DNA of 64,000 bases from Eledone cirrhosa (GCA_964016885.1 OZ024752.1:29512001-29576000), one strand, 5' to 3'. Counted from the stretch's first letter, positions 36,436-51,058 are shown. Notes: generated from the letters alone by a model not told the origin. Program-made: numbers and translations.

Positions 36436-39400
36436 CACATGTATAACAGACAGACAGACACACATGTATAACACACAGACAGACAGACAGACAGACAGAC
36501 ACACATGTATAACAGACAGACAGACAGACACACATGTATAACACACAGACAGACAGACAGACACATATGTATAACAGACAGACAGACAGACACGTATGTA
36601 TAACACACAGACAGACAGGCACATATGTATAACAGACAGACAGACAGACAGACAGTCAGACAAACACATATGTATAACATACATACATACAGACAGACAG
36701 ACAGACACATATGTATAACACACAGACAGGCAGACAGACACAAATATATAACACACAGACAGACAGACAGACACATATATATAACACACAGACAGACAGA
36801 CAGACACATATGTATAACACACATACAGACAGACAGACACATATGTATAACACACAGACAGACAGACAGACAGTCACATATGTATAACACACAAACAGAC
36901 AGACACACATGTATAACACACAGACAGACAGACAGACAGACACACATGTATAACAGACAGACAGACAGACACACATGTATAACAGACAGACAGACAGACA
37001 CACATGTATAACACACAGACAGACAGACAGACACATATGTATAACAGACAGACAGACAGACACATATGTATAACAGACAGACAGACAGACACACATGTAT
37101 AACACACAGAAAGACAGACAGACAGACAGACACATATTGTATAACACACAGACAGACAGACAGACAGACACACATGTATAACAGACAGACAGACAGACAC
37201 ACATGTATAACACACAGACAGACAGACAGACACATATGTATAACAGACAGACAGACAGACACATATGTATAACAGACAGACAGACAGACAGTCAGACAAA
37301 CACATATGTATAACATACATACAGACAGACAGACAGACACATATGTATAACAGACAGACAGACAGACAGTCAGACAAACACATATGTATAACATACATAC
37401 ATACAGACAGACAGACAGACACATATGTATAACAGACAGTCAGACAGACAGACAGTCAGACAAACACATATGTATAACATACATACAGACAGACAGACAG
37501 ACACATATGTATAACACACAGACATACAGACAGACACATATATATAACAGACAGACAGACAGACACATATGTATAACACACAGACATACAGACAGACACA
37601 TATGTATAACACACAGACAGACAGACAGACACATATATATAACACACAGACAGACAGACAGACACATATGTATAACAGACAGACAGACAGACAGACACAT
37701 ATGTATAACACACAGACAGACAGACACACATGTATAACACACAGACAGACAGACAGACACATATGTATAACAGACAGACAGACAGACACATATGTATAAC
37801 ACACAGACAGACAGACAGACACATATATATAACACACAGACAGACAGACAGACACATATGTATAACAGACAGACAGACAGACAGTCACATATGTATAACA
37901 CACAGACAGACAGACACACATGTATAACACACAGACAGACAGACAGACAGACACACATGTATAACACACAGACAGACAGACACATATGTATAACAGACAG
38001 ACAGACAGACAGACACATATGTATAACAGACAGACAGTCAGACAAACACATATGTATAACATACATACAGACAGACAGACAGACACATATGTATAACACA
38101 CAGACATACAGACAGACACATATGTATAACACACAGACAGACAGACACATATATATATAACACAGACAGACAGACACATATGTATAACAGACAGACAGAC
38201 ACATATGTATAACAGACAGACAGACAGACAGACAGTCAGACAAACACATATGTATAACATACATACATACAGACAGACAGACAGACACATATGTATAACA
38301 CACAGACATACAGACAGACACATATGTATAACACACAGACAGACAGACACATATATATAACACACAGACAGACAGACACATATGTATAACAGACAGACAG
38401 ACAGACAGACACATATGTATAACAGACAGACAGACAGACAGACACATATGTATAACACACAGACAGACAGACAGACAGACACATATGTATAACAGACAGA
38501 CAGACAGACAGACACATATGTATAACAGACAGACAGACAGACAGACAGACACATATGTATAACAGACAGACAGACAGACAGACAGACACATATGTATAAC
38601 AGACAGACAGACAGACAGACACATATGTATAACACACAGACAAACAGACAGACACATATGTATAACAGACAGACAGACAGACAGACACATATGTATAACA
38701 GACAGACAGACAGACACATATGTATAACAGACAGACATACAGACACATATGTATAACACACAGACAGACAGACACATATGTATAACAGACAGACAGACAG
38801 ACAGACACATATGTATAACAGACAGACAGACAGACAGTCACATATGTATAACACACAGACAAACAGACAGACACATATGTATAATAGACAGACAGACAGA
38901 CACATATGTATAACAGATAGACAGACAGACACATATGTATAACAGACAGACAGACAGACAGACACATATGTATAACACACAGACAGACAGACAGACACAT
39001 ATGTATAACACACAGACAGACAGACAGACAGACACATATGTATAACAGACAGACAGACAGACACATATGTATAACAGACAGACAGACAGACACATATGTA
39101 TAACACACAGACAGACAGACAGACACATATGTATAACAGACAGATAGACAGACACATATGTATAACAGACAGACAGACAGACAGACACATATGTATAACA
39201 GACAGATAGACAGACACATATGTATAACACACAGACAGACAGACACATATGTATAACAGACAGATAGACAGACACATATGTATAACAGACAGACAGACAG
39301 ACACATATGTATAACACACAGACAGACAGACACATATGTATAACAGACAGACAGACAGACAGACACATATGTATAACAGACAGACAGACAGACACATATG

Positions 39401-39994
39401 TATAACACACAGACAGACAGACAGACACATATGTATAACAGACAGACAGACAGACAGATATGTATAACAGACAGACAGACAGACACATATGTATAACACA
39501 CAGACAGACAAACAGACACATATGTATAACAGACAGACAGACAGACAGACACATATGTATAACACACAGACAGACAGACAGACACATATGTATAACAGAC
39601 AGACTGACAGACAGACAGACACATATGTATAACAGACAGACAGACACATATGTATAACAGACAGACAGACAGACAGACACATATGTATAACGGACAGACA
39701 GACAGACACATATGTATAACAGACAGACAGACAGACAGACACACATGTATAACACACAGACAGACAGACAGACACATATGTATAACAGACAGACAGACAG
39801 ACACATATGTATAACACACAGACAGACAGACAGACACATATATATAACACACAGACAGACAGACAGACACATATGTATAACAGACAGACAGACAGACAGT
39901 CACATATGTATAACAGACAGACAGACAGACAGACAGACAGCCAGACAGACACATATGTATAACAGACAGACAGACAGACAGACACATATATATA

Positions 39995-40033
<39 letters not shown>

Positions 40034-41058
40034 CATATGTATAACACACAGACAGACAGACACATATGTATAACAGCCAGACAGACAGACAGACACATAT
40101 GTATAACAGACAGACAGACAGACACATATGTATAACAGACAGACAGACAGACACATATGTATAACACACAGACAGACAGACACATATGTATAACAGACAG
40201 ACAGACAGACAGACACATATGTATAACAGACAGACAGACAGACAGACACATATGTATAACAGACAGACAGACAGACAGTCACATATGTATAACACACAGA
40301 CAAACAGACAGATACATATGTATAATAGACAGACAGACAGACACATATGTATAACAGACAGACAGACAGACACATATGTATAACAGACAGACAGACAGAC
40401 AGACACATATGTATAACACACAGACATACAGACAGACACATATGTATAACACACAGACAGACAGACAGACAGACACATATGTATAACAGACAGACAGACA
40501 GACACATATGTATAACAGACAGACAGACAGACACATATGTATAACACACAGACAGACAGACAGACACATATTATAACAGACAGATAGACAGACACATATG
40601 TATAACAGACAGACAGACAGACACATATGTATAACAGACAGATAGACAGACACATATGTATAACACACATACAGACAGACAGACACATATGTATAACAGA
40701 CAGATAGACAGACACATATGTATAACATACAGACAGACAGACACATATGTATAACACACAGACAGACAGACAGACACATATGTATAACAGACAGACAGAC
40801 AGACAGACACATATGTATAACAGACAGACAGACAGACAGACAGACACATATGTATAACACACAGACAGACAGACAGACACATATGTATAACAGACAGACA
40901 GACAGACAGACAGACACATATGTATAACAGACAGACAGACAGACAGACACATATGTATAACACACAGACAGACAAACAGACACATATGTATAACAGACAG
41001 ACAGACAGACAGACACATATGTATAACACACAGACAGACAGACAGACACATATGTATA

Positions 41059-41089
<31 letters not shown>

Positions 41090-41264
41090 CATATGTATAA
41101 CAGACAGACAGACAGACACATATGTATAACAGACAGACAGACAGACAGACACATATGTATAACGGACAGACAGACAGACAGACACATATGTATAACAGAC
41201 AGACAGACAGACAGACACACATGTATAACACACAGACAGACAGACAGACAGACACATATGTATA

Positions 41265-41303
<39 letters not shown>

Positions 41304-41642
41304 CATATGTATAACAGACAGACAGACAGACAGACACATATATATAACAGACAGACAGACAGACACATATGTATAACAGACAGACAGACAGACACATATG
41401 TATAACACACAGACAGACAGACATGTATACACACACACACACCACACACAGACAGACAGACACATATGTATACACACACACACCACAGACAGACACATAT
41501 GTATAACAGACAGACAGACAGACACATATGTATACACACACCACACACAGACAGACACATATGTATACACACCCCACACACAGACAGACACATATGTATA
41601 CACACACCACACACAGACAGACACATATGTATACACACACAT
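35912..41642. repeat. Compound minisatellite: (GACA)n runs punctuated by CA(C/T)ATGTATAA(CACA)
   Basis: Directly visible; source of all the CLSV/TDRQ ORFs. Confidence 0.97.
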
Positions 41643-41750
41643 GTTAAGTACAGCAGTTTACTTTGTAGGCCTTAGTTCAATCTTAGGGTAAGTGAACCCT
41701 TTCATTAGCATATTTCTAATGAAAAACACTGCCTATTATTTTCAAATCAA

Positions 41751-41943
41751 GGGCAGTGAATTGGCAGTATCGGTAAAGGGTCGGACACCATGCCTTCCAG
41801 TATAGAGTTATGCACCTTTATGGTCTGAGTTCAAATCCTGCCGAGGTTAACTTTGCCTTTCATCCTTATGGGGTCGATAAAATAAAGTACCAGTAATACA
41901 CTGGGGGTAATTGCTGGCCTTGTGCCAATAGTAGAAACAATTA
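41751..41943 (+). mobile_element. SINE family 1, full length
   Basis: gggcagtgaattggcagtatcggtaaag...gagttcaaatcc...gtagaaacaattatt. Confidence 0.9.
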
Positions 41944-41999
41944 TTTTCAAATCATTTTAACTTTCAAATCATTTTAACTTTCTCATTTTAAAGTTAGTG

Positions 42000-42475
42000 T
42001 TTGGGACATAACATAACAAAGGTTCTTACATAAAATTATGATTGAAGGTTTTTAGATAATACAAATACTTTAAAATAATAGCTTTGTATTATAGCACCGG
42101 GGGGTATTTCAGGTGGTTTGGAACATAACTTAACAAAGGTTCTTACATAAAATTATGATGGAAGGTTTTTAGATAATACAAATACTTTAAAATAATAGCT
42201 TTGTATTATAGCACCACAGGGTATTTCAGGTGGTTTGGAACATAACTTAACAAAGGTTCTTACATAAAATTATGATTGAAGGTTTTTAGATAATACAAAT
42301 ACTTTAAAATAATAGCTTTGTATTATAGAACCGGGGGTATTTCAAGTGGTTTGGAACATAACTTAACAAAGGTTCTTACATAAAATTATGATGGAAGGTG
42401 TTTAGATAAATATAAACAATTTAAAATAACAGCTTTCTATAATATAGAACCAGGGGTGGTTTCAGGTGGTTTTGA
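42000..42475. repeat. ~117-bp tandem repeat, 4 copies
   Basis: cataacttaacaaaggttcttacataaaattatga...tttcaggtggtttggaa at about 42007, 42124, 42241 and 42357. Confidence 0.92.
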
Positions 42476-42559
42476 ATGAAATAGAGTAAGTAGCATAAGG
42501 AAGTGACATCACTAATAACTAATGTGAGGTTTGGTTCAAATTCTGAGAATGTTGCTGAA

Positions 42560-42625
42560 TATGAAAGACACCTGATGAAGTCTGGAGGGTATAACAGCTG
42601 AAACCCTGTGACTATAACATCCAAG
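42560..42625 (+). ncRNA. Degenerate hammerhead-ribozyme-like motif (Penelope pLTR type)
   Basis: CTGATGA (42572-42578), stem II AG(T)CTG/CAGCT, GAAAC (42600-42604); stems I and III look decayed. Confidence 0.4.
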
Positions 42626-43031
42626 ATGTGAACACTTGTCTGACTAAATCAGTGTATAATTTAGGCACAAGACTGGCAATATTTTTTGGGGGGGGATAGG
42701 TGGTGGGTTATGTTGATCCAGTACTTGACTGCTACCTTGTTTTATTGAGTGATTCTGATCTTTGGTATTAATGGTGACAATTTCAGACAAGTTTCTGTTT
42801 CATTATACCTCATCAGTAAAATATAGTAGTTCTCTCAAACTACCAGACCATTGAACGATTTTTAGAGGATATAGTTATTGTGTAAGAATTATTCACTGAT
42901 TAAGCAATTTAGAATAGTGACATTGGAAAATTTCTCAGGGAAGCCTTTTACATAAAGAGTACATAGTTAAGTGAGGGTTAACAGGCTTATTGTAGTGAAG
43001 AATCTAGCACAATTGTGCTTCTTACTTCAGG

Positions 43032-43032
<1 letters not shown>

Positions 43033-43063
<31 letters not shown>

Positions 43064-43390
43064 TTCATTTTACGTCCATTTTTCCCTGCTTGCAAGGGTG
43101 GGACGGGAACTGATTCTGGCTTGATTTCTACAGCTGGATGCTCTTCCTAACACCAACCTCATTTACAGTGAGTGCTGGGTGCTTTTTTGCCGTGGCACCT
43201 CCACAACCACTTTGCAGTGGAACGATAGGGACCCCAGTCCCTATCATCTCATTTCTACAGCTGAATAAACTGGAGCAATGTAAAATAAAGTGTCTTGCTC
43301 AAGGAAACAACACATCACCCGGTCTGAGAATTGAACTCACAACCTTTCGATTGCAAGGCCAATGCTCTAACCACTAAGCCATGTGCCTCC
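43033..43390 (-). mobile_element. Full-length SINE family 2 copy
   Basis: Reverse complement is closely similar to 30860-31200; (cat)n tail at 43033-43063. Confidence 0.9.
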
Positions 43391-43789
43391 AAGTTGTAAA
43401 CAAATGTTAGCAGCTTAATGAGATGGAAGAAATATGGGTTACACTTTTATTATTCCAATATACAGCAAATTTTAACTCTGGAATTCTCAGAGAGAGTGTA
43501 TTAAGAAATTTGTTTCACAGACACATCACACTACATGTCACTTTGAGCAAGTCTTATATGAACGTATTTGAGATACAGCGACCACACAATGGAAAAATTG
43601 AAATGTTTGATTATGTAACATTTCTTAATAATGGAAGAAGAAGAAGAAGAAGAAGAAGAAGAAGAAGAAATAATATCTATCATGGAGGTATTGAAGTCGC
43701 ATACTGCTGTCATAGGTTTTATTTAGTCAGAGAGTATTGCGTTTGATATGTTTAGAGTTGCTGTGGATAAACTGAGGTTATCAGAGATT

Positions 43790-44062
43790 AGTAACCAACA
43801 GAAGATAGAGAAGTATTTTTATTTATGAGAGTTTCAACCAAATATATTGAACAGTGTAGCTCACATGACATTGCCATGGCTATTAATGATTTCAATGCTA
43901 AGATTGATAGTGACAATGGTTGGCATAGAAAGATGAAGGATTATTGTAGTGCACATAGCATACAAAGTTGTAACAGCAGCAAACAATAATGGCAATAGAA
44001 TGACTGAGTTTCTAACCATAGGATAGTTTGATCTGTGGAAGTACTACACTGTTTCAGCAATA
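43790..44062 (+). mobile_element. Decayed APE endonuclease fragment of an RTE-like LINE
   Basis: HDIAMAINDFNAKIDSDNG...NNNGNRMTEF...TLFQ, resembling the GDFNAK.G / N.NG.R / T.F.H motifs. Confidence 0.6.
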
Positions 44063-44074
44063 GTTAATATACTA

Positions 44075-44298
44075 TTAACTCTTTAGCATTAAAACAGGCC
44101 ATATCCGGCCAGAATTCGCTTGCCTCTTTTTGTCCAAACCGGCCATAACCAGCCACTCACGCTCACATTAAGGTATTGTTTGCAAAATAAATATCATCAA
44201 AATCTCATAGATTCCATATTATGTGAGATAATTATGTGAGATAAAGCCTTTACCATGAAAATATAATAGTAGAGTAATGTAAATTGCTAAAGGGTTAA
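44075..44298 (+). mobile_element. piggyBac-like MITE copy
   Basis: ttaactctttagcatt ... tgctaaagggttaa. Confidence 0.82.
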
Positions 44299-44405
44299 GT
44301 ATCTAAACTGTACCAGGCTGGACTGATTTACATGTTAATTTATACTTAAATATTTACAATATTCCAAGCTAGACTGACTTATGTGTTAATATATATTTAA
44401 ATTAA

Positions 44406-44622
44406 GGGCAGTGGATTGGCAGTATTGATGGAACGTCGGACAACATGCTTTAAGGCATAGAGTTACAACGTTTTACGTTCTGAGTTCAAATCCTGTCGAG
44501 GATAGCTTTGCCTTTTATCCTTACGGGGTTTGATAAAATAAATTACTAGTAATGCACTGCGGGCGATTTAATCGACTTTCCCCTCCCCTAAAATGGTTGG
44601 CCTTGTGCATAAATCAGAAACG
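44406..44622 (+). mobile_element. SINE family 1 (long subtype) inserted in the 51-bp minisatellite
   Basis: gggcagtggattggcagtatt...gagttcaaatcc...cgatttaatcgactttcccctcccc...agaaac. Confidence 0.88.
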
Positions 44623-44624
44623 AA

Positions 44625-45092
44625 TATATATTTAGATACCTACAATATACCAGGCTAGACTGACTTACATGTTAATATATATTTAGATACCTACAATATA
44701 CCAGGCTAGACTGACTTACATGTTAATATATATTTAGATACCTACAATATACCAGGCTAGACTGACTTACATGTTAATATATATTTAGATACCTACAATA
44801 TACCAGACTAGACTGACTTACATGTTAATATATATTTAGATACCTACAATATACCAGACTAGACTGACTTACATGTTAATATATATTTAGATACCTACAA
44901 TATACCAGACTAGACTGACTTACATGTTAATATATATTTAGATACCTACAATATACCAGGCTAGACTGACTTACATGTTAATATATATTTAGATACCTAC
45001 AATATACCAGGCTAGACTGACTTACATGTTAATATATATTTAGATACCTACAATATACCAGGCTAGACTGACTTACATGTTAATATTTAAAT
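44625..45092. repeat. 51-bp minisatellite, about 9 near-identical units
   Basis: atatatttagatacctacaatatacca(g/ga)gctagactgacttacatgtta; tacaat recurs at 44641, 44692, 44743; degenerate units at 44300-44400, 45155-45195 and 46625-46750. Confidence 0.93.
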
Positions 45093-45195
45093 ACATGTCC
45101 CACCCTTGCAAACAGGGAAAAACGGACGTAAAATGATGATGATGATGATGATACAATAATCTAGGATGGATTGTCTTACATGTTAATATTTAAAT

Positions 45196-46620
45196 CATCA
45201 TCATCATCATCATCTTCATTTAACGTCCATCTTCCACGCTAGCATGGGTTTGACGGGAGTTGTGCCACTTGAGGCAAGGTTGGTCGGGTGACCATGTCTC
45301 GCTCATATAGGACTATCTGGCAGGTTTTCTACGGCTGGATGCCCTTCCTAACACCAACCACATTTACAGTGTGGAACTGGGAACTTTTTACCGTGTTACC
45401 TACACGGCCACATTACAGCATGGACTGTGTGTTTTTTTGTCATGTCACCTATACGACCACGATCTCATTATCTCATTTATTTGGACTGGATGTTGTGGTA
45501 CCAACTTTACAGAGAGAGGGTGGTTTTGGTGGGAGTGAGAGGATAGGGTAGGGATAGTGGATTGGGGTGTATATTTGGTTAAGAGGTGCCTACTGACTGT
45601 AGGTTTCGCTTTGTACATAGGCAAGGCGGGTCTTCTGTATTACTGTGTAGCGCCAAAGATCTCGGTCCAGTGACATTGTCTTAGAGAGGTGCAAGTGTGT
45701 AAGGTCGGAATTTATCAGATTGTCCCAGGTTTTTCTGGTCTACCTACTCCATAACTACCATCAATTTTGATCGCCCTACACTTTTTTATACAGCTGTTGT
45801 CTTTCATGCGCATCACGTGACCATACCAACATAGTCTTCTCTCAAGTAAACAGCATCTGATCCCTCTTATTCCTAATTTCTCACTTAGTTCATTTATGCT
45901 TTGCCGTTCACATATATTACTATTACACATCCAATGGAGCATGCATGCTTCGTTCCTTTCCAGTCTGCGCAGGTCCTCTGCACGTAATGCCCATGTCTCA
46001 CTTCCATGTAGCATTGATATTTGTATACAGGCATCATACAATCTGCCTTTCATTTTTAGAGAGAAACCTTTTGTGGCCAACAGCGGTATAAGCTCTCTGA
46101 ACTTTTCCATCCCGTTCTGACTCTGGCTACTGTACTTTCAGAACACCCTCCACCACTGCTGATTTCGTCATCCAGGTAATGGAAAGTGTCTACTATTTCT
46201 ATAGAACCATCTGGGCAATAGAAGGAGCTAGTATCATGTGGACACTTGCTACTTATTGCACCTGAGCATCGGCCACATATAAAGTCTACATTCTTAGATA
46301 GTTTACCTATGATCCCACTACATCTTTTATTTACCCATACTTTGCATTTGGGACATAAAATGGAATTTCTGCCTACTCCTTTCCTACACATTGAGCATGG
46401 CCATTTCCCAGAGGGCACCTGTGCCCTATTTTCCTTTCTACAGACTAGAACTTTAGTCTTAGACAAGTTAACTTTAAGGCCTTTTGATTCTAGGCCATGC
46501 TTCCATGTTTGGAATTTCTTCTCTAGTTCAGCCATTGATTCAGCTATGAGCGTTAGATCATCTGCGTATAGAAGTTCCCATGGGCAGCCGGTCTTGAACT
46601 CCTCTGTTATAGCCTTCATA
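45196..46620 (-). mobile_element. 5'-truncated RTE-like LINE, same family as 27314-28582, frameshifted
   Basis: ELLYADDL catalytic motif, the same Cys/His finger, HGSETW, WYGHVMR; complete 3' UTR with (gat)n tail. Confidence 0.9.
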
Positions 46621-47090
46621 CACTAATCTAGGATGGATTGATGTGGATGTTGATATATATTTAAATACATACAATAGTCCAGGATGGATTGAACTACATG
46701 TTAATATATATTTAAATACTAATAATATTCCAGGTTACACTGACTTACAATAAATTGATGAATACTGTATGTGATTTACACCAAGTCACCAAACTCCTCA
46801 TATTGCTTATACTGAACTTTCAAGCTATACTTGCTTTATCTAAAGTCAGTGGTAATGTTAACACAAATTTATGTTTGGATTAAGAATTCAACATTTTAAT
46901 CACTGAGCAGCTGATTACCTCTATTATCACACCAAGATTTAGATGTTTGGAATGTAAATTAAATTTCTTCTATAAAATAGCAATACATATTAAAAACAAA
47001 ATAAGCATAAAGAAGAAAAACTTGCAAAATTAATGAAACTGTTGTTAAAAAAATGGTGTAGAGTTTCATGAGAGTTTGAAACAATATAGT

Positions 47091-47278
47091 CAGGGTCATA
47101 CTTAGACCTTGGTGGTCCCAAGGTAGTTCAGGTTTGGAGAAGAGAAAGGGAGTTCCGGTTTGTGAGGCCCAAGGCAATTCAGGTTTGGGGGACCCATGGC
47201 TGTTCCTAGAGGAGATCCTGTTTGACAAAGGGCACCCAGGGCAAATTGTCCCCTCTTCCCCTGACAAATTTGCACCTG
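47091..47278. mobile_element. Possible hAT-like MITE remnant
   Basis: GC-rich island bounded by CAGG...CCTG; flanks aatatagt / tatataat only partly match. Confidence 0.4.
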
Positions 47279-47471
47279 TATATAATTAAAGAATATTTTA
47301 GATTAGTCTCATATATTTGTTTGAAAAGAAAAACATGTTCAATGTTGTTGAAATAATATGTCAATTTGTCATATCTTCTCATGATCATTTTCACTTCCTG
47401 CCATGTCTGTCACACTCATTATGATCATTATGATCATCATAGAAATATTTGTTAGTATAACTCGATAGATA

Positions 47472-47688
47472 TACAGTATATACTTGAATATAAGTTGAGG
47501 AATATGTAACCAAAAAATCGATGATAGAAAGAGGGGGGTTTTGGCTTATATTCAGGGTCAATATTTTGACAATTTTCACCTACTTCAAATTTTATGTAAA
47601 TAAGGTTTGGATTTTTGCCTACTTCTCAGACATAAAATAGTGGGGTTGGCTTATATTTGTATTGGCTTATATTTGAGTATATATTGTA
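47472..47688. mobile_element. pogo/Tc1-like MITE
   Basis: TA|cagtatatacttgaatataag ... cttatatttgagtatatattg|TA inverted termini. Confidence 0.75.
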
Positions 47689-48097
47689 AATACATTATAT
47701 TTTCATGCAGTTTCACCCTTTGCCATCTCATTGGTGAAGTCCAACTTTCTATGTTTTCATCTAATTTTCTCAACTCAAATCATTTTGTTTTATAACCATC
47801 ACTTCATGGTATTCTGCAACTAGCATGCAATTCATTTGATTTACTTGTCCCAATAGGAGCAATCATCTCTCCCTTAGATGCATTGCGGTGAATCTTTCAT
47901 ATAAAACCACTTTTTGCACTTGCTTGTATTTGATCTATCTATCTAGTTTATGTTGCAAATCCAAAAGATAAAGTTAACACTTAATTTTAGCATCTCATAC
48001 ATAACAAACATGATAGATATAATTTGTCTTTTTTGTTAGATCTTCTGGTGAAACAACAGCAAGAGGAGTTGTTTTTCACAACAGAAGGGAATTTTTA

Positions 48098-51058
48098 TTT
48101 TATTCTCTCTCTATCCTTCCTCTCATTCTAACTCTCTCAACATAAGAGAAAGTCAAGTTTATTCTCTCTTTATCCTTCCTCTCATTCTAACTCTCTCAAC
48201 ATGAGAGAAAGTCAAGTTTATTCCCTCTTTATCCTTGCTCTCATTCTAACTCTCTCAACATAAGAGAAAGTCAAGTTTATTCTCTCTTTATCCTTGCTCT
48301 CATTCTAACTCTCTCAACATAAGAGAAAGTCAAGTTTATTCCCTCTCTATCCTTCCTCTCATTCTAACTCTCTCAACATGAGAGAAAGTCAAGTTTATTC
48401 CCTCTCTATCCTTCCTCTCATTCTAACTCTCTCAACATAAGAGAAAGTCAAGTTTATTCTCTCTTTATCCTTCCTCTCATTCTAACTCTCTCAACATAAG
48501 AGAAAGTCAAGTTTATTCCCTCTCTATCCTTCCTCTCATTCTAACTCTCTCAACATAAGAGAAAGTCAAGTTTATTCCCTCTCTATCCTTCCTCTCATTC
48601 TAACTCTCTCAACATGAGAGAAAGTCAAGTTTATTCCCTCTCTATCCTTCCTCTCATTCTAACTCTCTCAACATAAGAGAAAGTCAAGTTTATTCTCTCT
48701 TTATCCTTGCTCTCATTCTAACTCTCTCAACATAAGAGAAAGTCAAGTTTATTCTCTCTTTATCCTTCCTCTCATTCTAACTCTCTCAACATAAGAGAAA
48801 GTCAAGTTTATTCTCTCTTTATCCTTCCTCTCATTCTAACTCTCTCAACATAAGAGAAAGTCAAGTTTATTCTCTCTTTATCCTTGCTCTCATTCTAACT
48901 CTCTCAACATCGGAGAAAGTCAAGTTTATTCCCTCTCTATCCTTCCTCTCATTCTAACTCTCTCAACATAAGAGAAAGTCAAGTTTATTCTCTCTTTATC
49001 CTTCCTCTCATTCTAACTCTCTCAACATAAGAGAAAGTCAAGTTTATTCTCTCTTTATCCTTGCTCTCATTCTAACTCTCTCAACATCGGAGAAAGTCAA
49101 GTTTATTCCCTCTCTATCCTTCCTCTCATTCTAACTCTCTCAACATAAGAGAAAGTCAAGTTTATTCCCTCTTTATCCTTGCTCTCATTCTAACTCTCTC
49201 AATATAAGAGAAAGTCAAGTTTATTCCCTCTCTATCCTTCCTCTCATTCTAACTCTCTCAACATAAGAGAAAGTCAAGTTTATTCCCTCTCTATCCTTCC
49301 TCTCATTCTAACTCTCTCAATATAAGAGAAAATCAAGTTTATTCCCTCTCTATCCTTCCTCTCATTCTAACTCTCTCAATATAAGAGAAAGTCAAGTTTA
49401 TTCTCTCTTTATCCTTCCTCTCATTCTAACTCTCTCAACATAAGAGAAAGTCAAGTTTATTCCCTCTTTATCCTTGCTCTCATTCTAACTCTCTCAACAT
49501 AAGAGAAAGTCAAGTTTATTCCTTCTTTATCCTTGCTCTCATTCTAACTCTCTCAACATAAGAGAAAGTCAAGTTTATTCCCTCTTTATCCTTGCTCTCA
49601 TTCTAACTCTCTCAACATAAGAGAAAGTCAAGTTTATTCCCTCTCTATCCTTCCTCTCATTCTAACTCTCTCAACATAAGAGAAAGTCAAGTTTATTCTC
49701 TCTTTATCCTTGCTCTCATTCTAACTCTCTCAACATAAGAGAAAGTCAAGTTTATTCTCTCTTTATCCTTGCTCTCATTCTAACTCTCTCAACATAAGAG
49801 AAAGTCAAGTTTATTCTCTCTTTATCCTTCCTCTCATTCTAACTCTCTCAACATAAGAGAAAGTCAAGTTTATTCTCTCTTTATCCTTCCTCTCATTCTA
49901 ACTCTCTCAACATAAGAGAAAGTCAAGTTTATTCCCTCTCTATCCTTCCTCTCATTCTAACTCTCTCAACATAAGAGAAAGTCAAGTTTATTCTCTCTTT
50001 ATCCTTGCTCTCATTCTAACTCTCTCAACATCGGAGAAAGTCAAGTTTATTCTCTCTCTATCCTTCCTCTCATTCTAACTCTCTCAATATAAGAGAAAGT
50101 CAAGTTTATTCCCTCTTTATCCTTGCTCTCATTCTAACTCTCTCAATATAAGAGAAAGTCAAGTTTATTCCCTCTCTATCCTTCCTCTCATTCTAACTCT
50201 CTCAACATAAGAGAAAGTCAAGTTTATTCCCTCTCTATCCTTCCTCTCATTCTAACTCTCTCAATATAAGAGAAAATCAAGTTTATTCCCTCTCTATCCT
50301 TCCTCTCATTCTAACTCTCTCAATATAAGAGAAAGTCAAGTTTATTCTCTCTTTATCCTTCCTCTCATTCTAACTCTCTCAACATAAGAGAAAGTCAAGT
50401 TTATTCCCTCTTTATCCTTGCTCTCATTCTAACTCTCTCAACATAAGAGAAAGTCAAGTTTATTCCCTCTTTATCCTTGCTCTCATTCTAACTCTCTCAA
50501 CATAAGAGAAAGTCAAGTTTATTCCTTCTTTATCCTTGCTCTCATTCTAACTCTCTCAACATAAGAGAAAGTCAAGTTTATTCCCTCTTTATCCTTCCTC
50601 TCATTCTAACTCTCTCAACATAAGAGAAAGTCAAGTTTATTCCCTCTTTATCCTTCCTCTCATTCTAACTCTCTCAACATAAGAGAAAGTCAAGTTTATT
50701 CCCTCTTTATCCTTCCTCTCATTCTAACTCTCTCAACATAAGAGAAAGTCAAGTTTATTCCTTCTTTATCCTTGCTCTCATTCTAACTCTCTCAACATAA
50801 GAGAAAGTCAAGTTTATTCCCTCTTTATCCTTGCTCTCATTCTAACTCTCTCAACATAAGAGAAAGTCAAGTTTATTCCCTCTTTATCCTTCTCATTCTA
50901 ACTCTCTCAACATAGGAGAAAGTCAAGTTTATTCCCTCTCTATCCTTCCTCTCATTCTAACTCTCTCAACATCGGAGAAAGTCAAGTTTATTCCCTCTCT
51001 ATCCTTCTCATTCTAACTCTCTCAACATAGGAGAAAGTCAAGTTTATTCCCTCTCTCT
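48098..51058. repeat. 59-bp satellite A, about 50 units
   Basis: agagaaagtcaagtttattc(c/t)ctct(c/t)tatcctt(c/g)ctctcattctaactctctcaacata; the pattern shifts 1 nt per 60-nt line. Confidence 0.97.

Noticed and set aside
35639-41691. Many CLSV / TDRQ-repeat ORFs up to 1065 aa
   Set aside because: Translations of the (GACA)n compound repeat.
42770-42820. Second CTGATGA...GAAA motif on the minus strand
   Set aside because: No convincing stem II or flanking helices.
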